Made by a program: the position numbers and the translations under genes. From an uncultured bacterium (GTDB lineage Bacteria > Patescibacteriota > Saccharimonadia > UBA4664), in NCBI GenBank assembly GCA_963720265.1, contig CAVRET010000002.1, positions 71,602 through 135,601 on the forward strand: a DNA stretch of 64,000 nucleotides. Direction: 5' to 3'. Positions 10,963 through 21,145 of the stretch are shown in pieces (the stretch's first letter is position 1; each line of letters begins with the position of its first letter). Below the pieces are notes generated by a model. The model saw only the letters and a list, made by a program, of their open reading frames with translations. It was not told where the DNA came from and searched no databases.

Positions 10963-13900
10963 TCACTCGCCGATCATAACGTTGCCGTTTTCGTCCACAT
11001 AGACCTCACCCGGTGCGAGTTTCTTCGGCTTTTCGGTCTTCACCTCGTTCGATTCCATTGGCTTGGTACCGGCCGTAGGCAAAATCAGCTTGCCGGGCAC
11101 TGCAGCTCCCTCGGCTTCCCCCGTCGAGGCCTGGGCGGGCTGCTGTGGCTGCGGAGGCGGCGGCGGAGGTGCGGACGGCGGAGCCGGCTTGCTCTCCGGC
11201 GGCTCAATGACCTTTTCCTTGTGGCTACCGTGATTTGCCGGCGCGTTTTCCTTATTCTTGTCGCGGTCACGCCAGTGCCGACGCTTATTGGCCTTACGAT
11301 TATCCGTTGAAACTGGGCGCTCAGCCTTGTCATCTTTGGCCGGTTTAGTCGGTTCGGGTTCAGGAGGTGGGGCTTGGGGCGCAGCCACCACTTCACTGGG
11401 AACATCTAATTTTTGGCTAGCCTCGCGCTCAGCCCGAGCTTTAGCCACATCGTCAGCTGCCAACGATTCCGCCTGCGGTACGTCCAAGTCTAAATCGTCA
11501 GATGCTGTCTGGACCACCCCGGACACCGGCATAGCTGCAGGTTGCGGTTTCGGCACATCAGGTGGCACTCCCATCATTTGTCCCGGATGTTTAATAACGG
11601 CAGCCTCAGGCTCGGCTCGGGCTTGCTGGACTGTGAGCACCGGCTCAGGCGTAGCAGGTGCAGCCAGAGGAGATGGTGGTGTTGGCTCAGGCCGTGGGGG
11701 CGGTACAGGCTTTGGCGCAGGCACTGGCGGCAGAGGTTCGGGTGTGGGCTCACGCACAGGCTCGGGCGCAGGGGCCGGCGGTCCCTGCGAGGCCGGTTCG
11801 CGTACTGGCGCTGGCTGAGTCGGTACCGGTGGGGGCGGCGGGGGCGCGGATACCGGTACGGACTGCGGAGCTAACGCGGCCGCCTCAGCCGCCTCTTCAC
11901 GCTTCAACTCACGCTGCAATTCCTCGCGTTTCGACTCAATTGGCTCGGTCGGCTGAATCACCTTAATGCCATGATGTTCAGACACCGGGACCAGCTCTTC
12001 CTTGGGCTGCAACTTCGTCGTCTTCGGTATCGGTAACCGACGATGCCGCTCCACTGATGAATCAAGCAACGACGTTCCGACCAACGCGTCGATCTGCTTC
12101 TCGACCTCATTGATTTGCTCAGCAGCCTGCGGCTGTGGCGCCACTACCACGGGCTGAACCTCCGCCGGCTCAGGCGCAACCGGCTCAGGCGACAAGATAG
12201 GTTCAGGAGTGGATGGTGGCACGGGTCTAGGCGCCAAAGCGGGAGCCAGCCTTACAGCCGGGAGTGGCTCCGGCGCCGGTGGGGTGGGTTCTATGGCTGG
12301 TTGCTCAGGCTGAGGTTCAGGTTCCGGCACTGGTTGCGGAGCAGGTGCAGGGACTGTAACAGGAGCCGAAGACTCAGGTTCTGGTTCTAGCGCTGGTGGC
12401 GGAAGTGGAGGTTCCGGCATTGGCTCGGGTTGCGGTATAAGCTCCGGTTCCGGTTCTGGCACGGGCAGGGGCGGCGGAGTTGGCGCAGGCTCGGGCACTG
12501 TTGGCGCCGCAACCGCCGGCATTGATTGGTCAATAAACGTCACACCCGGCGGCAAACCCTCGGTTGACATCAGACCCGAATCCGCTGAGGCGGGTTGCTC
12601 CGGCGCCGGCTTCGCTCCCGGATCAAGTACTTGGATCAGGTCCTCAGCGCCCTCCTCACTCGGCTGTGGTGGGGGAGCTACTGACGGCTGCATAGCGGCA
12701 GACCCGGCAACGCTCGCCGGCAAGCCAGAATCCGCCGCCGGGCCCATCGTCGGCCGCGCCGGCGTCTTACCACCGGTAATGTCGCTCAGCGATAATGTTC
12801 CGGGCGCGCTTGGCGCACTCGACCCAACTGGAGGGCGTAATGGCGACGGGGGTGGCGGTGGCACTGGTGGAGCCTCAACCGTTACGGTTGGTGCCTGCGC
12901 CACCGGCGAAGCATACGTAGTCTCTTCCATGACAGGTAACGGCTGTGGGGGCTGTGGAATCTGCTGTACCGGCGCTACCGGTGCTGGAGGAGGTGGCATG
13001 GATGGTAAGGGTAGAGGTGGCAGTGAGACAGGGGCCGGCTGTGGTGGAGGCGGTGGCGGTACTGGAGGTGTTGGCGGCGGAGCAGGCGCAGCGGCTGACG
13101 CCACTCCTTGCCCGTACAGGTCGATCGGCTGCATTGCAGCTCCAGCAGGCTGAATGGGAGCAGGTGCCGGCGGAGGAACCGGTGCCACGGGCAACGGGGG
13201 CGCCTGAACGGCCGCTACTTGACCACCCAAGGCTCCGGCCATACCCGCGAGACCCACTTGAGTAGCGGGATTTACGGCTGCAGGCTGCGGAGCCGGTGGC
13301 GGTACGGCGACTGGTGGCGCAACCGACCGCGCCGGCCGACCTGATAGCCGGTCCAAAATATCTTGCTCGACTTGAGCCCGCGCGTGGCCGAACTTAGCCG
13401 CGCTCAGTTGCTTAATCGCCTGCCCCAGCTCCAGGTTCGCACTCCCCAACGGCGGCGAATCGCGAATCGTAAACGGTTGACTCGGCAACCCGCCAATCAT
13501 GAGCCGCATGGCCGCGTTAAAGTTTGGCAAGTTCACCAGATCCCCAGCATCAAACACCGGCGAAAATTGCTTTACCATGAACTCAGCGTCTTCCGGTCCC
13601 ATCCGGTGTGCCACAATCGTACCGATATTGCCAAACACCGCATCGCGAATCTCCGGCCTGAGTTGGCCGATAAACTGGTTCGCCACGATCAGATTCAACC
13701 GATATTTCCTAGCCTCGCTCAAAATGCTCGCAAAGCTGTCGGTCGAAAAATTCTGAAACTCATCCACGTACAGCGCAAAGTCCGGCCGCTGATCTTCCGG
13801 CACCTCAGCCCGGCTCATGGCCGCCGCCTGGAACTTAATCACAAAAATCATACCGAGCAGTTGTGAGTTGAGCTCCCCTATTCGCCCCTTGCTCAGGTTC

Positions 13901-15768
13901 ACGATCAAGATCCGCCGCTGGTCCATCACCTCGCGCAAGTTAAACGCACTCTGCGTTTGACCGATAATGTTGCGCATCATTTCGTTGTTCATGAAAGCGC
14001 CAAATTTCGATACAAACCAGCCGAGCATTTCACTCTTGTGGTAGTCGCTCGTCTGGCCCATCTCTTTCGTCCAAAAATCGATCACGGTCGGATCACGCAA
14101 GTATTTGAACTTGTTCTTGAGGTACTCGGTGTCCGTAAACACCTTCGGAATCTCAATGAATGTACTGCCGTTCGGGTCGCTCATAAGCGTCAGTGCGGCA
14201 TTCCGGTACCAATGCTCGTACCGCGGTCCGATAATACCGGTGTGTCCGGGGTCGTACAGTTTGTACAGCATGTTGATCGTTTCTTGGACAATAAAGTCCT
14301 TTTGGGATGGATCCGTAAACTCAAACAAGTTGAGCCCCAATGGATAGTCGGTGTCTGCCGGGTTAAAGTAAATTACGTCCTCAGCCCGCTCTTTGGGCAC
14401 AAGCGCCAGCAGCTTCTCGGCCGAGTCGCCGTGAGGATCAATGAAGGCAAACCCGTTGCCCGCCAGCATGTCCTGCACTGCCAGGTTTTCGAGCATAGTC
14501 GACTTACCGGTGCCAGTTTGGCCCAAAATATAGGTATGCCGTCGTCGGTCCTCAGGACTCAGCCGGATTTCCTTTTGCACACCACGAAATTCGTTGTAGC
14601 CAAACAGGAGTCCCACCGGCGACACCTGGATCGGACCATCCACCTGCTTCGACTGCATCCGCTCCACTGCCGTACTCGGTGTAAACTGCGAATCCGGCAG
14701 ATGGAATAGCGTAGCCAGTTCTTCGCTCGATAACACCCCGCCTTTCAGCTCCGGCGGGAAAAAACGAAAAATAAATGCCGTCACCAGGCCTTGCACATCA
14801 AGCGCCGGCAAAAACTTAAACCCGTTCAATCCCGGGGTATCGAACAGCGCAAACGCCGTCGCGATATCCCTCAGTTCCTGCTGACTTCTAGCCACCGAAT
14901 CGGTCGATACCACTACCCGCACCAGGGCGTCAAAACCCGGGTGTTTGGTTTTTTCCTCGATCTGCTCCACCGCCGCCAGTTCCAGATTGGAAGCCAAGGG
15001 CACGCCGGCATCTTTCTCATCTGCTCGTCTGGCCGATGGCGCTTTGAGCGCAGCCTGAACTAAATCCTGCGGGGTAAATCCGAGTCCGGCTCCGCGGCCC
15101 TTGCGCAACCCATCGGCGACCACTGCCGACCGCCTAACCCACGTCGGGTTCGCCGGCCGAAGCATGATCTGAATCGCCGCACCGTCGGTACTGCCAAGGC
15201 TGGACAAAATGGCCAAGATTGCTTCCATCGGGTCGCGCTCAAGCGTTTTGTAGGTCGCGATCGGGTAGGCGCCTTCAGTTCGTAGCACCATTTCGCCGCC
15301 CATGGTCGCAGCCAACCGCCCCTCACGGTTAAAAATGTTGTAATCCTCAGTTTCTTCCAGCCGTGCACCCGGATAGGCCGTCAGAATCGCCTGCTTCACC
15401 AGGCTCACCAGTGGCACGGGAACGGCCGCGTAAAAGTGCACCACCCCACCGTTCGCAATCAGCTCCAGCGCAATCTGCCGCTGTCCGTACAGTCTAGCCT
15501 TGACGCCGGCCGTAGCCGTGCCGGCCAGCAAGTTGTATAGCACCTCAGCCTGAGCCACCTTTTCGCGCATGACCTCGCGCACGTCCCGGCTGCCAGCCGT
15601 GGTATCCTCCGACTGCGGCGGCAAATGAATCAGGATTGGCACCATCTTTAAGCCGCGCTCAATGGCCTTGGCCCGCCTGAGTTTGCGCTTGTATGTAAAG
15701 TAGGCCACGTAGCCTAAGCCCCCGGCCAGTGCAAAGAATATCAGCACTATGACGATGATTACGCTCAC
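10963..15768 (-). CDS. giant membrane-anchored FtsK/HerA/TraG-VirD4-superfamily P-loop ATPase with ~850-aa Pro-rich C-terminal tail
   Basis: The 1601-aa product has one N-terminal TM helix, then a ~380-aa domain. The ATPase carries a Walker A (YILGQTGTGKST), an FIDPHGD motif, an FALYVDEFQNF Walker B-like motif and a KYRLNLIVANQ segment. The remainder is extreme PAPEPV low complexity ending in a short conserved tail. Confidence 0.7.
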   Translation of the reverse strand: MSVIIVIVLIFFALAGGLGYVAYFTYKRKLRRAKAIERGLKMVPILIHLPPQSEDTTAGSRDVREVMREKVAQAEVLYNLLAGTATAGVKARLYGQRQIALELIANGGVVHFYAAVPVPLVSLVKQAILTAYPGARLEETEDYNIFNREGRLAATMGGEMVLRTEGAYPIATYKTLERDPMEAILAILSSLGSTDGAAIQIMLRPANPTWVRRSAVVADGLRKGRGAGLGFTPQDLVQAALKAPSARRADEKDAGVPLASNLELAAVEQIEEKTKHPGFDALVRVVVSTDSVARSQQELRDIATAFALFDTPGLNGFKFLPALDVQGLVTAFIFRFFPPELKGGVLSSEELATLFHLPDSQFTPSTAVERMQSKQVDGPIQVSPVGLLFGYNEFRGVQKEIRLSPEDRRRHTYILGQTGTGKSTMLENLAVQDMLAGNGFAFIDPHGDSAEKLLALVPKERAEDVIYFNPADTDYPLGLNLFEFTDPSQKDFIVQETINMLYKLYDPGHTGIIGPRYEHWYRNAALTLMSDPNGSTFIEIPKVFTDTEYLKNKFKYLRDPTVIDFWTKEMGQTSDYHKSEMLGWFVSKFGAFMNNEMMRNIIGQTQSAFNLREVMDQRRILIVNLSKGRIGELNSQLLGMIFVIKFQAAAMSRAEVPEDQRPDFALYVDEFQNFSTDSFASILSEARKYRLNLIVANQFIGQLRPEIRDAVFGNIGTIVAHRMGPEDAEFMVKQFSPVFDAGDLVNLPNFNAAMRLMIGGLPSQPFTIRDSPPLGSANLELGQAIKQLSAAKFGHARAQVEQDILDRLSGRPARSVAPPVAVPPPAPQPAAVNPATQVGLAGMAGALGGQVAAVQAPPLPVAPVPPPAPAPIQPAGAAMQPIDLYGQGVASAAAPAPPPTPPVPPPPPPQPAPVSLPPLPLPSMPPPPAPVAPVQQIPQPPQPLPVMEETTYASPVAQAPTVTVEAPPVPPPPPSPLRPPVGSSAPSAPGTLSLSDITGGKTPARPTMGPAADSGLPASVAGSAAMQPSVAPPPQPSEEGAEDLIQVLDPGAKPAPEQPASADSGLMSTEGLPPGVTFIDQSMPAVAAPTVPEPAPTPPPLPVPEPEPELIPQPEPMPEPPLPPPALEPEPESSAPVTVPAPAPQPVPEPEPQPEQPAIEPTPPAPEPLPAVRLAPALAPRPVPPSTPEPILSPEPVAPEPAEVQPVVVAPQPQAAEQINEVEKQIDALVGTSLLDSSVERHRRLPIPKTTKLQPKEELVPVSEHHGIKVIQPTEPIESKREELQRELKREEAAEAAALAPQSVPVSAPPPPPPVPTQPAPVREPASQGPPAPAPEPVREPTPEPLPPVPAPKPVPPPRPEPTPPSPLAAPATPEPVLTVQQARAEPEAAVIKHPGQMMGVPPDVPKPQPAAMPVSGVVQTASDDLDLDVPQAESLAADDVAKARAEREASQKLDVPSEVVAAPQAPPPEPEPTKPAKDDKAERPVSTDNRKANKRRHWRDRDKNKENAPANHGSHKEKVIEPPESKPAPPSAPPPPPPQPQQPAQASTGEAEGAAVPGKLILPTAGTKPMESNEVKTEKPKKLAPGEVYVDENGNVMIGE

Positions 15769-15790
15769 CTCACCGACCTCGCCCTAGTCA

Positions 15791-16267
15791 CTAAGCTGCT
15801 CCGGGTTTACCTGCCGCACTACCCCCTTGGTCCTTGTCCTTCGTGTTTGGATCACCGACCGACAGTCCGTAGCGCTTCTGCAAATAGTCCTCCTGCAGCT
15901 CTTCGATTGCCTCTTCCTCGCCGTGTGGGTCGCCGGCGTGCAACCGTACCTGCTCTTCCGCCTTGTTGACCCACTCCGGCTCAATCACATCGACATCCCC
16001 GGCTACAACCGGTGTCGGCACCACACCACCGCCGCTCACCTGTGGCGGCCCACCCGGCACGGCCGCAATCGCCGCCGCTACATCGGCCGGGCTCAGTCGC
16101 TGCTGTGAGCCGCCCGTTGGCTGGCCGCCTGTCGCGGCCCCCGTCTGTGGCGACAACTCCGGCTGCGCGGGCATCTCGCCACCCATCGGTTGCATGCCTT
16201 CCGGCCGCCCGCCCTGCGGTACCTCACCCGCCCCGGTTCCATTCGTAGGCAATGGTTGCTCGTTCAT
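15791..16267 (-). CDS. Gly/Pro/Gln-rich low-complexity hypothetical protein
   Basis: A 158-aa ORF immediately upstream of, and co-directional with, the giant ATPase. It has no recognisable motif. Confidence 0.4.
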   Translation of the reverse strand: MNEQPLPTNGTGAGEVPQGGRPEGMQPMGGEMPAQPELSPQTGAATGGQPTGGSQQRLSPADVAAAIAAVPGGPPQVSGGGVVPTPVVAGDVDVIEPEWVNKAEEQVRLHAGDPHGEEEAIEELQEDYLQKRYGLSVGDPNTKDKDQGGSAAGKPGAA

Positions 16268-16316
16268 TACCCGAAATTATATCATATATCACGCTTATGC
16301 TCGAACTAACTTGGGC

Positions 16317-17768
16317 TTAGTTGTGCACCCACACTGGCGTGCCAATAGTCGTCCAACCATACAAGAACTTGGCCGTGGCCAGCGGCAAGTTCACACACCC
16401 GTGCGACCCATCGTAGTAGTACCCGAATGGACCAGATGTTTCGCCAAAGTTGCCGTTACGCCAGCTCGCATCATGCAGCCCAAAGCCCTGGTAAAATGCC
16501 ATCCAGTACTGCACAAAATCATCATAGTCGTACGCCGGACCATAGGCATAGCCCACCAAGTCCGTATCCGTCTTCTTTTGGTAAATATGAAACATCCCGG
16601 TCACAGTCGGAAAACCAGCCCCCGTCGCACCGCTCGTTATTGGCGAGTCGTAAATCACCTGGCCGTTTTGCCACACCCACAAATGCTGCTTCGATAAATT
16701 CACCTCAACGTACTGCGGCAAATTAAGCGCTGTAAGCGAGGTCGAAACCGTCGCAAAGGCCACCGGTTGCGAGGTAATCGAATACGCCAGCGGCGCCTCG
16801 TTGGTAACGGCCGCGTCGAGTGCATTTTCGAGGCCGGCCGTATCAATCGCCGTGCCGTTCACGCCTGTCCGAGTGACCTTGCTCGCACCGTTCACTATGG
16901 TCATAGTCTGATTTACCGCGGCCACATCAAGCTGCTTAGCCAGCCCCTGCACATAGCCGGCCAACTTAGAACTATCGACCTGCGGCACCAGTTTGTAAGT
17001 CAACCCGTTGGGCTGCTTGACGAAATCAAGCCACGCACCGATTTGAGCCCGCGTTGGTGTAATGGTCTGACCGTTATAGGACAACTTAACCGGTGTTGCC
17101 ATCAGCTTTGTCGCTGCCGCCAGCGTTGGCCCAAGCATCGAAACCCGAATGTCGGCCGGCTCGGCCCGCGGCACCAAGGTAAGCGCACCACTCGAATCGT
17201 TTGCAACGTTCGTCTGCACCAGCTTCTCCAAGCCAATGCGATCAACAGTCCAGCCATTCTTGTCGGGTACAGTCGTAAGTTGGCCGTTCTTCACATTCAC
17301 GGTAGCATCTACCGGCGCGACCCCAATCTTGTCCACCACACCGATCGCAAACGCATTCAGCTTTGACCAATCAAGATCATAGGCCAGCGGCACCGGATCT
17401 TGGCTGAACGGCGGCACCCAATCATCACGTCCGCTGTCATAAGCGCTATCAATCGTTGCCTCGACGTTGTATGTCACACCAAGCTGCGCCGCGCCCAGGG
17501 TGTAATGGTCGCCGCCGGCGTTCAGGTTGAGTTGAAACCCGTTTGCTTCCGCCGCCACTACCCGGCGCGCCGCCGCCAGCGACATGCCCCCCACATCCTG
17601 GCTGCCGATCACAGTCCCTGGCAGCATCCGACCGTCATACCAAGCCTGAAGTGCTAAATGCGTTGCCAGAACACAAAATACAACCGCCAGACCAATGGCC
17701 GCCAGTCGGCTGCTCGAGGTATATCCCTCACTGCCATGGAGCTCCGGCTCCAATCTCCGCCTCAGCAT
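16317..17768 (-). CDS. L,D-transpeptidase (YkuD) family protein with N-terminal TM anchor
   Basis: The C-terminal catalytic motif is YYYDGSHGCVNL (S/T-H-G-C). It has a TM anchor near the N-terminus and long beta-rich spacer domains. Confidence 0.75.
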   Translation of the reverse strand: MLRRRLEPELHGSEGYTSSSRLAAIGLAVVFCVLATHLALQAWYDGRMLPGTVIGSQDVGGMSLAAARRVVAAEANGFQLNLNAGGDHYTLGAAQLGVTYNVEATIDSAYDSGRDDWVPPFSQDPVPLAYDLDWSKLNAFAIGVVDKIGVAPVDATVNVKNGQLTTVPDKNGWTVDRIGLEKLVQTNVANDSSGALTLVPRAEPADIRVSMLGPTLAAATKLMATPVKLSYNGQTITPTRAQIGAWLDFVKQPNGLTYKLVPQVDSSKLAGYVQGLAKQLDVAAVNQTMTIVNGASKVTRTGVNGTAIDTAGLENALDAAVTNEAPLAYSITSQPVAFATVSTSLTALNLPQYVEVNLSKQHLWVWQNGQVIYDSPITSGATGAGFPTVTGMFHIYQKKTDTDLVGYAYGPAYDYDDFVQYWMAFYQGFGLHDASWRNGNFGETSGPFGYYYDGSHGCVNLPLATAKFLYGWTTIGTPVWVHN

Positions 17769-17794
17769 AGCACCAGTATAGCGCTAATGCTTTT

Positions 17795-20116
17795 TCAGTT
17801 ACCAGCCCTAAATATCGCGCCCAACTTGCGCGTCAACTTTAAGCGCACGGCCCTCTCTATCTCAGTCGCCTCTGCCTCAGTCGGAGTTCGGTCATGACGC
17901 TCCACGGTTAAACGCAAGGTCAACGCTTTCTTGCCTGTTTCAATCTGGTCACCCTGATATTCATCCACGTATGTCACCGGCTGCGGAGCAACGGCACTCT
18001 CGACTTCATGCCATGTTACGGTGAGCGGTAGCTCCGCCGTAATGTCACGGCTGATCGCCGGGAACTTCGACAATCCTGCAAACTGCTTGGGGCGACTCGC
18101 ATTTAGCAGCGGCGCCAGGTCTAATTCCAGATACGCCACCTCATCACGGATTTTCATCTCCTGCAACACTTGCGGGTGCACCTGACCAAGCTCGCCGATG
18201 CGCCGCCCCCCCACCGCGACCGATCCAGTCCGTCCAGCTGCAAAGCCGGTCGGCTCTGCTATCGATTCCACGGTTAAGGTAACGTTGAGCTCCCGCGCCA
18301 ATCCGTCAACAATACCTTTCAGTTTGGCGAAGGCACCCTTTGGCCGGCGAATGGTCACGCCCAGCCTCTGCGGCTCGTTCGGCTGTTCGCCAGGCCCTTG
18401 CTTCAAGAACACGGCCGATAGTTCGTAAAACCCAACCGCCTCTGCATAGGTCCGGTTTCGCTCCAAGACCGCCATGTGGCTCGGCCACAGTGAACTCCGT
18501 AAGTAGGCCTGCTCCTGCGATAAGGGGTTCTTTAGCTTCAAATGCTCTTGTGGCAACAACCCGGCCGCCGATAACTGGCCCTCGGAGATGAAGGCGTAGG
18601 TTGTCACCTCAAACAATCCGGCCGCAAACAACACATCCCGAAGCTGACGTCGCTTGGCTCGGTCACGATCAAAAATCACTCGCCGGGGGCGCCATGCCGG
18701 CAAGGTCGAAGGTACCTGATCGTAGCCCACTACCCGTATCACCTCTTCGGCTAAATCCTCAGCCAACCGCAAGTCGGGTCGCCACCAAGGTACCTTTGAA
18801 ACCAAAATGTGATCACCCTCTGCGATTGCCTCTATTCCGAGTCGTAACAAACATTGAACTATTTCCTTACTCGAAAAATCTCGACCCACAAACCGCTCAA
18901 GCCATATCCGATCAAATGTAATCGAATATGCTGCCGGTTTAGCTTGGAGCGCATCACTGACGCCGACAAGTCGTGCACCAGCCACTTCCGTCAGTAGCTG
19001 TTCGGCGCGCGACATTGCAAAAGCCGGCAGCTCTACCGGTAGACCACGTTCAAACCTGGCACTGGCTTCGGTCCTCAGCCCATGCCGCTGCGCCGTCTTG
19101 CGCACTGTCGCTGCGTCAAACACTGCCGCTTCCAAAAGAATCTCAGTCGTTGCGGTCGTTACCTCTGTAGCCGCTCCGCCCATGACACCGGCTAGCGCAA
19201 TCGGCCCCGATGCATCTGTAATAATCAAGTCTTCAGGTGTGAGCCGCCGCTCTACCCCGTCGAGGGTCGTAAGCTCTTCTCCCGCCTTTGCTCGCCTCAC
19301 CGCAATCGGTGGCTTCACTTTTGCAGCGTCGAACGCATGCAGCGGCTGCCCAATGTCGAGCATCACATAGTTGGTTACGTCCACCACTGGATGGATTGCC
19401 CGTACCCCGGCCGCCTGCAACCACGATAGCATGTCCTCCGGCGTCGAGACGCCTGTCTTCACTGCAAAATGTCCAAGCATATACCGGCCGGCTTCGGTTT
19501 TTTTCTCAAGTTCCGGCCCCTTGCCTGCACGCAAAGACCGCGGCTCCTCAAGCTCAATGAGCTCACCATTGGTCATCGCAGCCACCTCTCTAGCCAAACC
19601 CAGCACACTCAAAACGTCGAAGCGATTGGCCGGGGTCTTCAAGTCGATTATCGTATCCGGGGGATAAACATTCTGCACCGCAGTACCGGGAACCGCGTCA
19701 TCTGGCAGCTCCAAGATTCCCTCATGGTCGTCACCCAGGCCAAGCTCACGTTCGCTACATAGCATGCCTTCGCTAATTTCGCCGCGCAATGTAACTTTCT
19801 CGATCTTTTCGCCGTTTGGAAGGACTGCCCCAATCTGCGCCAGCGCCACTTTGAGATCGGCTCGTACGTTCGGCGCGCCGCAGACAATCCGGAAGTCGCG
19901 CGTGCCATCTGTTACGAGCACCAAATGTAGTCGATCAGCGGCTGGATGTTGAACAACTTCTTTAACCAGACCGACGACAACCTTTTTGTCAATTTCAGCC
20001 AACAGATCAACGTGCTCAATTTCCATGCCTGCCCGCGCCAAGGCCGCCACAATTTCTTCATCACTCAACATTGTGCGACGTAGCCAAGTTTTAACCCAAG
20101 CCGATGAAACCTTCAT
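17795..20116 (-). CDS. pheT: phenylalanine--tRNA ligase beta subunit
   Basis: The 773-aa product starts MKVSSAWVKTWL, as is typical of PheT, and has B3/B4 and B5 regions. It is adjacent to pheS. Confidence 0.9.
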   Translation of the reverse strand: MKVSSAWVKTWLRRTMLSDEEIVAALARAGMEIEHVDLLAEIDKKVVVGLVKEVVQHPAADRLHLVLVTDGTRDFRIVCGAPNVRADLKVALAQIGAVLPNGEKIEKVTLRGEISEGMLCSERELGLGDDHEGILELPDDAVPGTAVQNVYPPDTIIDLKTPANRFDVLSVLGLAREVAAMTNGELIELEEPRSLRAGKGPELEKKTEAGRYMLGHFAVKTGVSTPEDMLSWLQAAGVRAIHPVVDVTNYVMLDIGQPLHAFDAAKVKPPIAVRRAKAGEELTTLDGVERRLTPEDLIITDASGPIALAGVMGGAATEVTTATTEILLEAAVFDAATVRKTAQRHGLRTEASARFERGLPVELPAFAMSRAEQLLTEVAGARLVGVSDALQAKPAAYSITFDRIWLERFVGRDFSSKEIVQCLLRLGIEAIAEGDHILVSKVPWWRPDLRLAEDLAEEVIRVVGYDQVPSTLPAWRPRRVIFDRDRAKRRQLRDVLFAAGLFEVTTYAFISEGQLSAAGLLPQEHLKLKNPLSQEQAYLRSSLWPSHMAVLERNRTYAEAVGFYELSAVFLKQGPGEQPNEPQRLGVTIRRPKGAFAKLKGIVDGLARELNVTLTVESIAEPTGFAAGRTGSVAVGGRRIGELGQVHPQVLQEMKIRDEVAYLELDLAPLLNASRPKQFAGLSKFPAISRDITAELPLTVTWHEVESAVAPQPVTYVDEYQGDQIETGKKALTLRLTVERHDRTPTEAEATEIERAVRLKLTRKLGAIFRAGN

Positions 20117-21145
20117 CTAAAACTGCTCCAGGAATGCCAAGTCAGGCCGCCAAAATTCCCTCACATCACCGACATTGTAGCGAATTGCCGCTATTCGTTC
20201 CGGCCCGAATCCAAACGCAAACCCACTGTATCGCTTAGGATCAATCCCCACGTTTTTCAGCACCTGGGGATGCACCATGCCCGCGCCACCAAGCTCGACC
20301 CAACCGGTCCCATCGCACAAGCGACACATGTGCCCATCAATTTTTCCGGTTCCGTGGCAAATTACACATGTTGCATCCATCTCAACACTTGGTTCAGTGT
20401 AAGGAAAATAGTTCGGTCTAAGCCGCAGTTTTGCATCGTCACCTAATATGCCCCGCATCATTGCTTCAAGCGTCCCTTTTAAATCAGATACGCTCACGCC
20501 TTCGTCAACAACCAACCCCTCAAGCTGATAAAAACTCCACGAGTGCCTTGGATCCTCATCCTCATTCCGATAAACTTTACCCGGTGCAACAATCCGAATT
20601 GGCAACTCATCGCGATGAGCTTCCATGTAACGAATCTGCACCGTTGACGTGTGCGTGCGCGGCAAATGCGCCTCCTCCAAATAAAACGTGTCCTGCAAAT
20701 CTCTGGCCGGATGATCACGACCAACCAGCAGTGCTTCAAAATTATGCCACTCGGTTTCAACCTCAGGCCCTTCTGCCACCTGATAGCCCATTTGCCAAAA
20801 CACATCTACCAAATCATCAAGCACTGTCACAACTGGGTGGCGGTGGCCGAGACCAAGCGGCAAACCGGGCGCCGTCACATCAAGTGGTCGAGCCAGCTCG
20901 TTGCTCCAATCAGCCGCTTGGAGCTTGGACTGTCGGGCTTCCAGTGCCTCTAAGACGCGTTGTCTCACCGCATTGGCTGCCGCACCAGCCGCCGGCCGCT
21001 GGTCTGCAGGCAGCGACCCTACTGCACGTAGCTCTTTGGTCACGCTACCGTTGCGGCCCAAATATTCGACCCGCAATTCTTCGATCTCGCCAAGCGACGA
21101 AGCGGCCGTGATCCTCGCCAGCATTTGGTCCTGATTCATGGCCAT
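20117..21145 (-). CDS. pheS: phenylalanine--tRNA ligase alpha subunit
   Basis: Class II aaRS motifs FPYTEPSVEMD and GWVELGGAGMVHP are present. It is directly upstream of pheT. Confidence 0.9.
   Translation of the reverse strand: MAMNQDQMLARITAASSLGEIEELRVEYLGRNGSVTKELRAVGSLPADQRPAAGAAANAVRQRVLEALEARQSKLQAADWSNELARPLDVTAPGLPLGLGHRHPVVTVLDDLVDVFWQMGYQVAEGPEVETEWHNFEALLVGRDHPARDLQDTFYLEEAHLPRTHTSTVQIRYMEAHRDELPIRIVAPGKVYRNEDEDPRHSWSFYQLEGLVVDEGVSVSDLKGTLEAMMRGILGDDAKLRLRPNYFPYTEPSVEMDATCVICHGTGKIDGHMCRLCDGTGWVELGGAGMVHPQVLKNVGIDPKRYSGFAFGFGPERIAAIRYNVGDVREFWRPDLAFLEQF

Noticed and set aside
11085-13344. Numerous 60-190 aa ORFs on both strands inside the giant ATPase gene, especially its Pro-rich half
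   Set aside because: GC-rich low-complexity coding DNA yields long spurious ORFs in every frame. None has an RBS or independent motifs.
12000-13400. Possible CRISPR or tandem-repeat array suggested by the repetitive nucleotide pattern
   Set aside because: The repeats are irregular codon-level repeats (CCG, GCG, GAG) within a continuous ORF. There are no regular repeat-spacer units.
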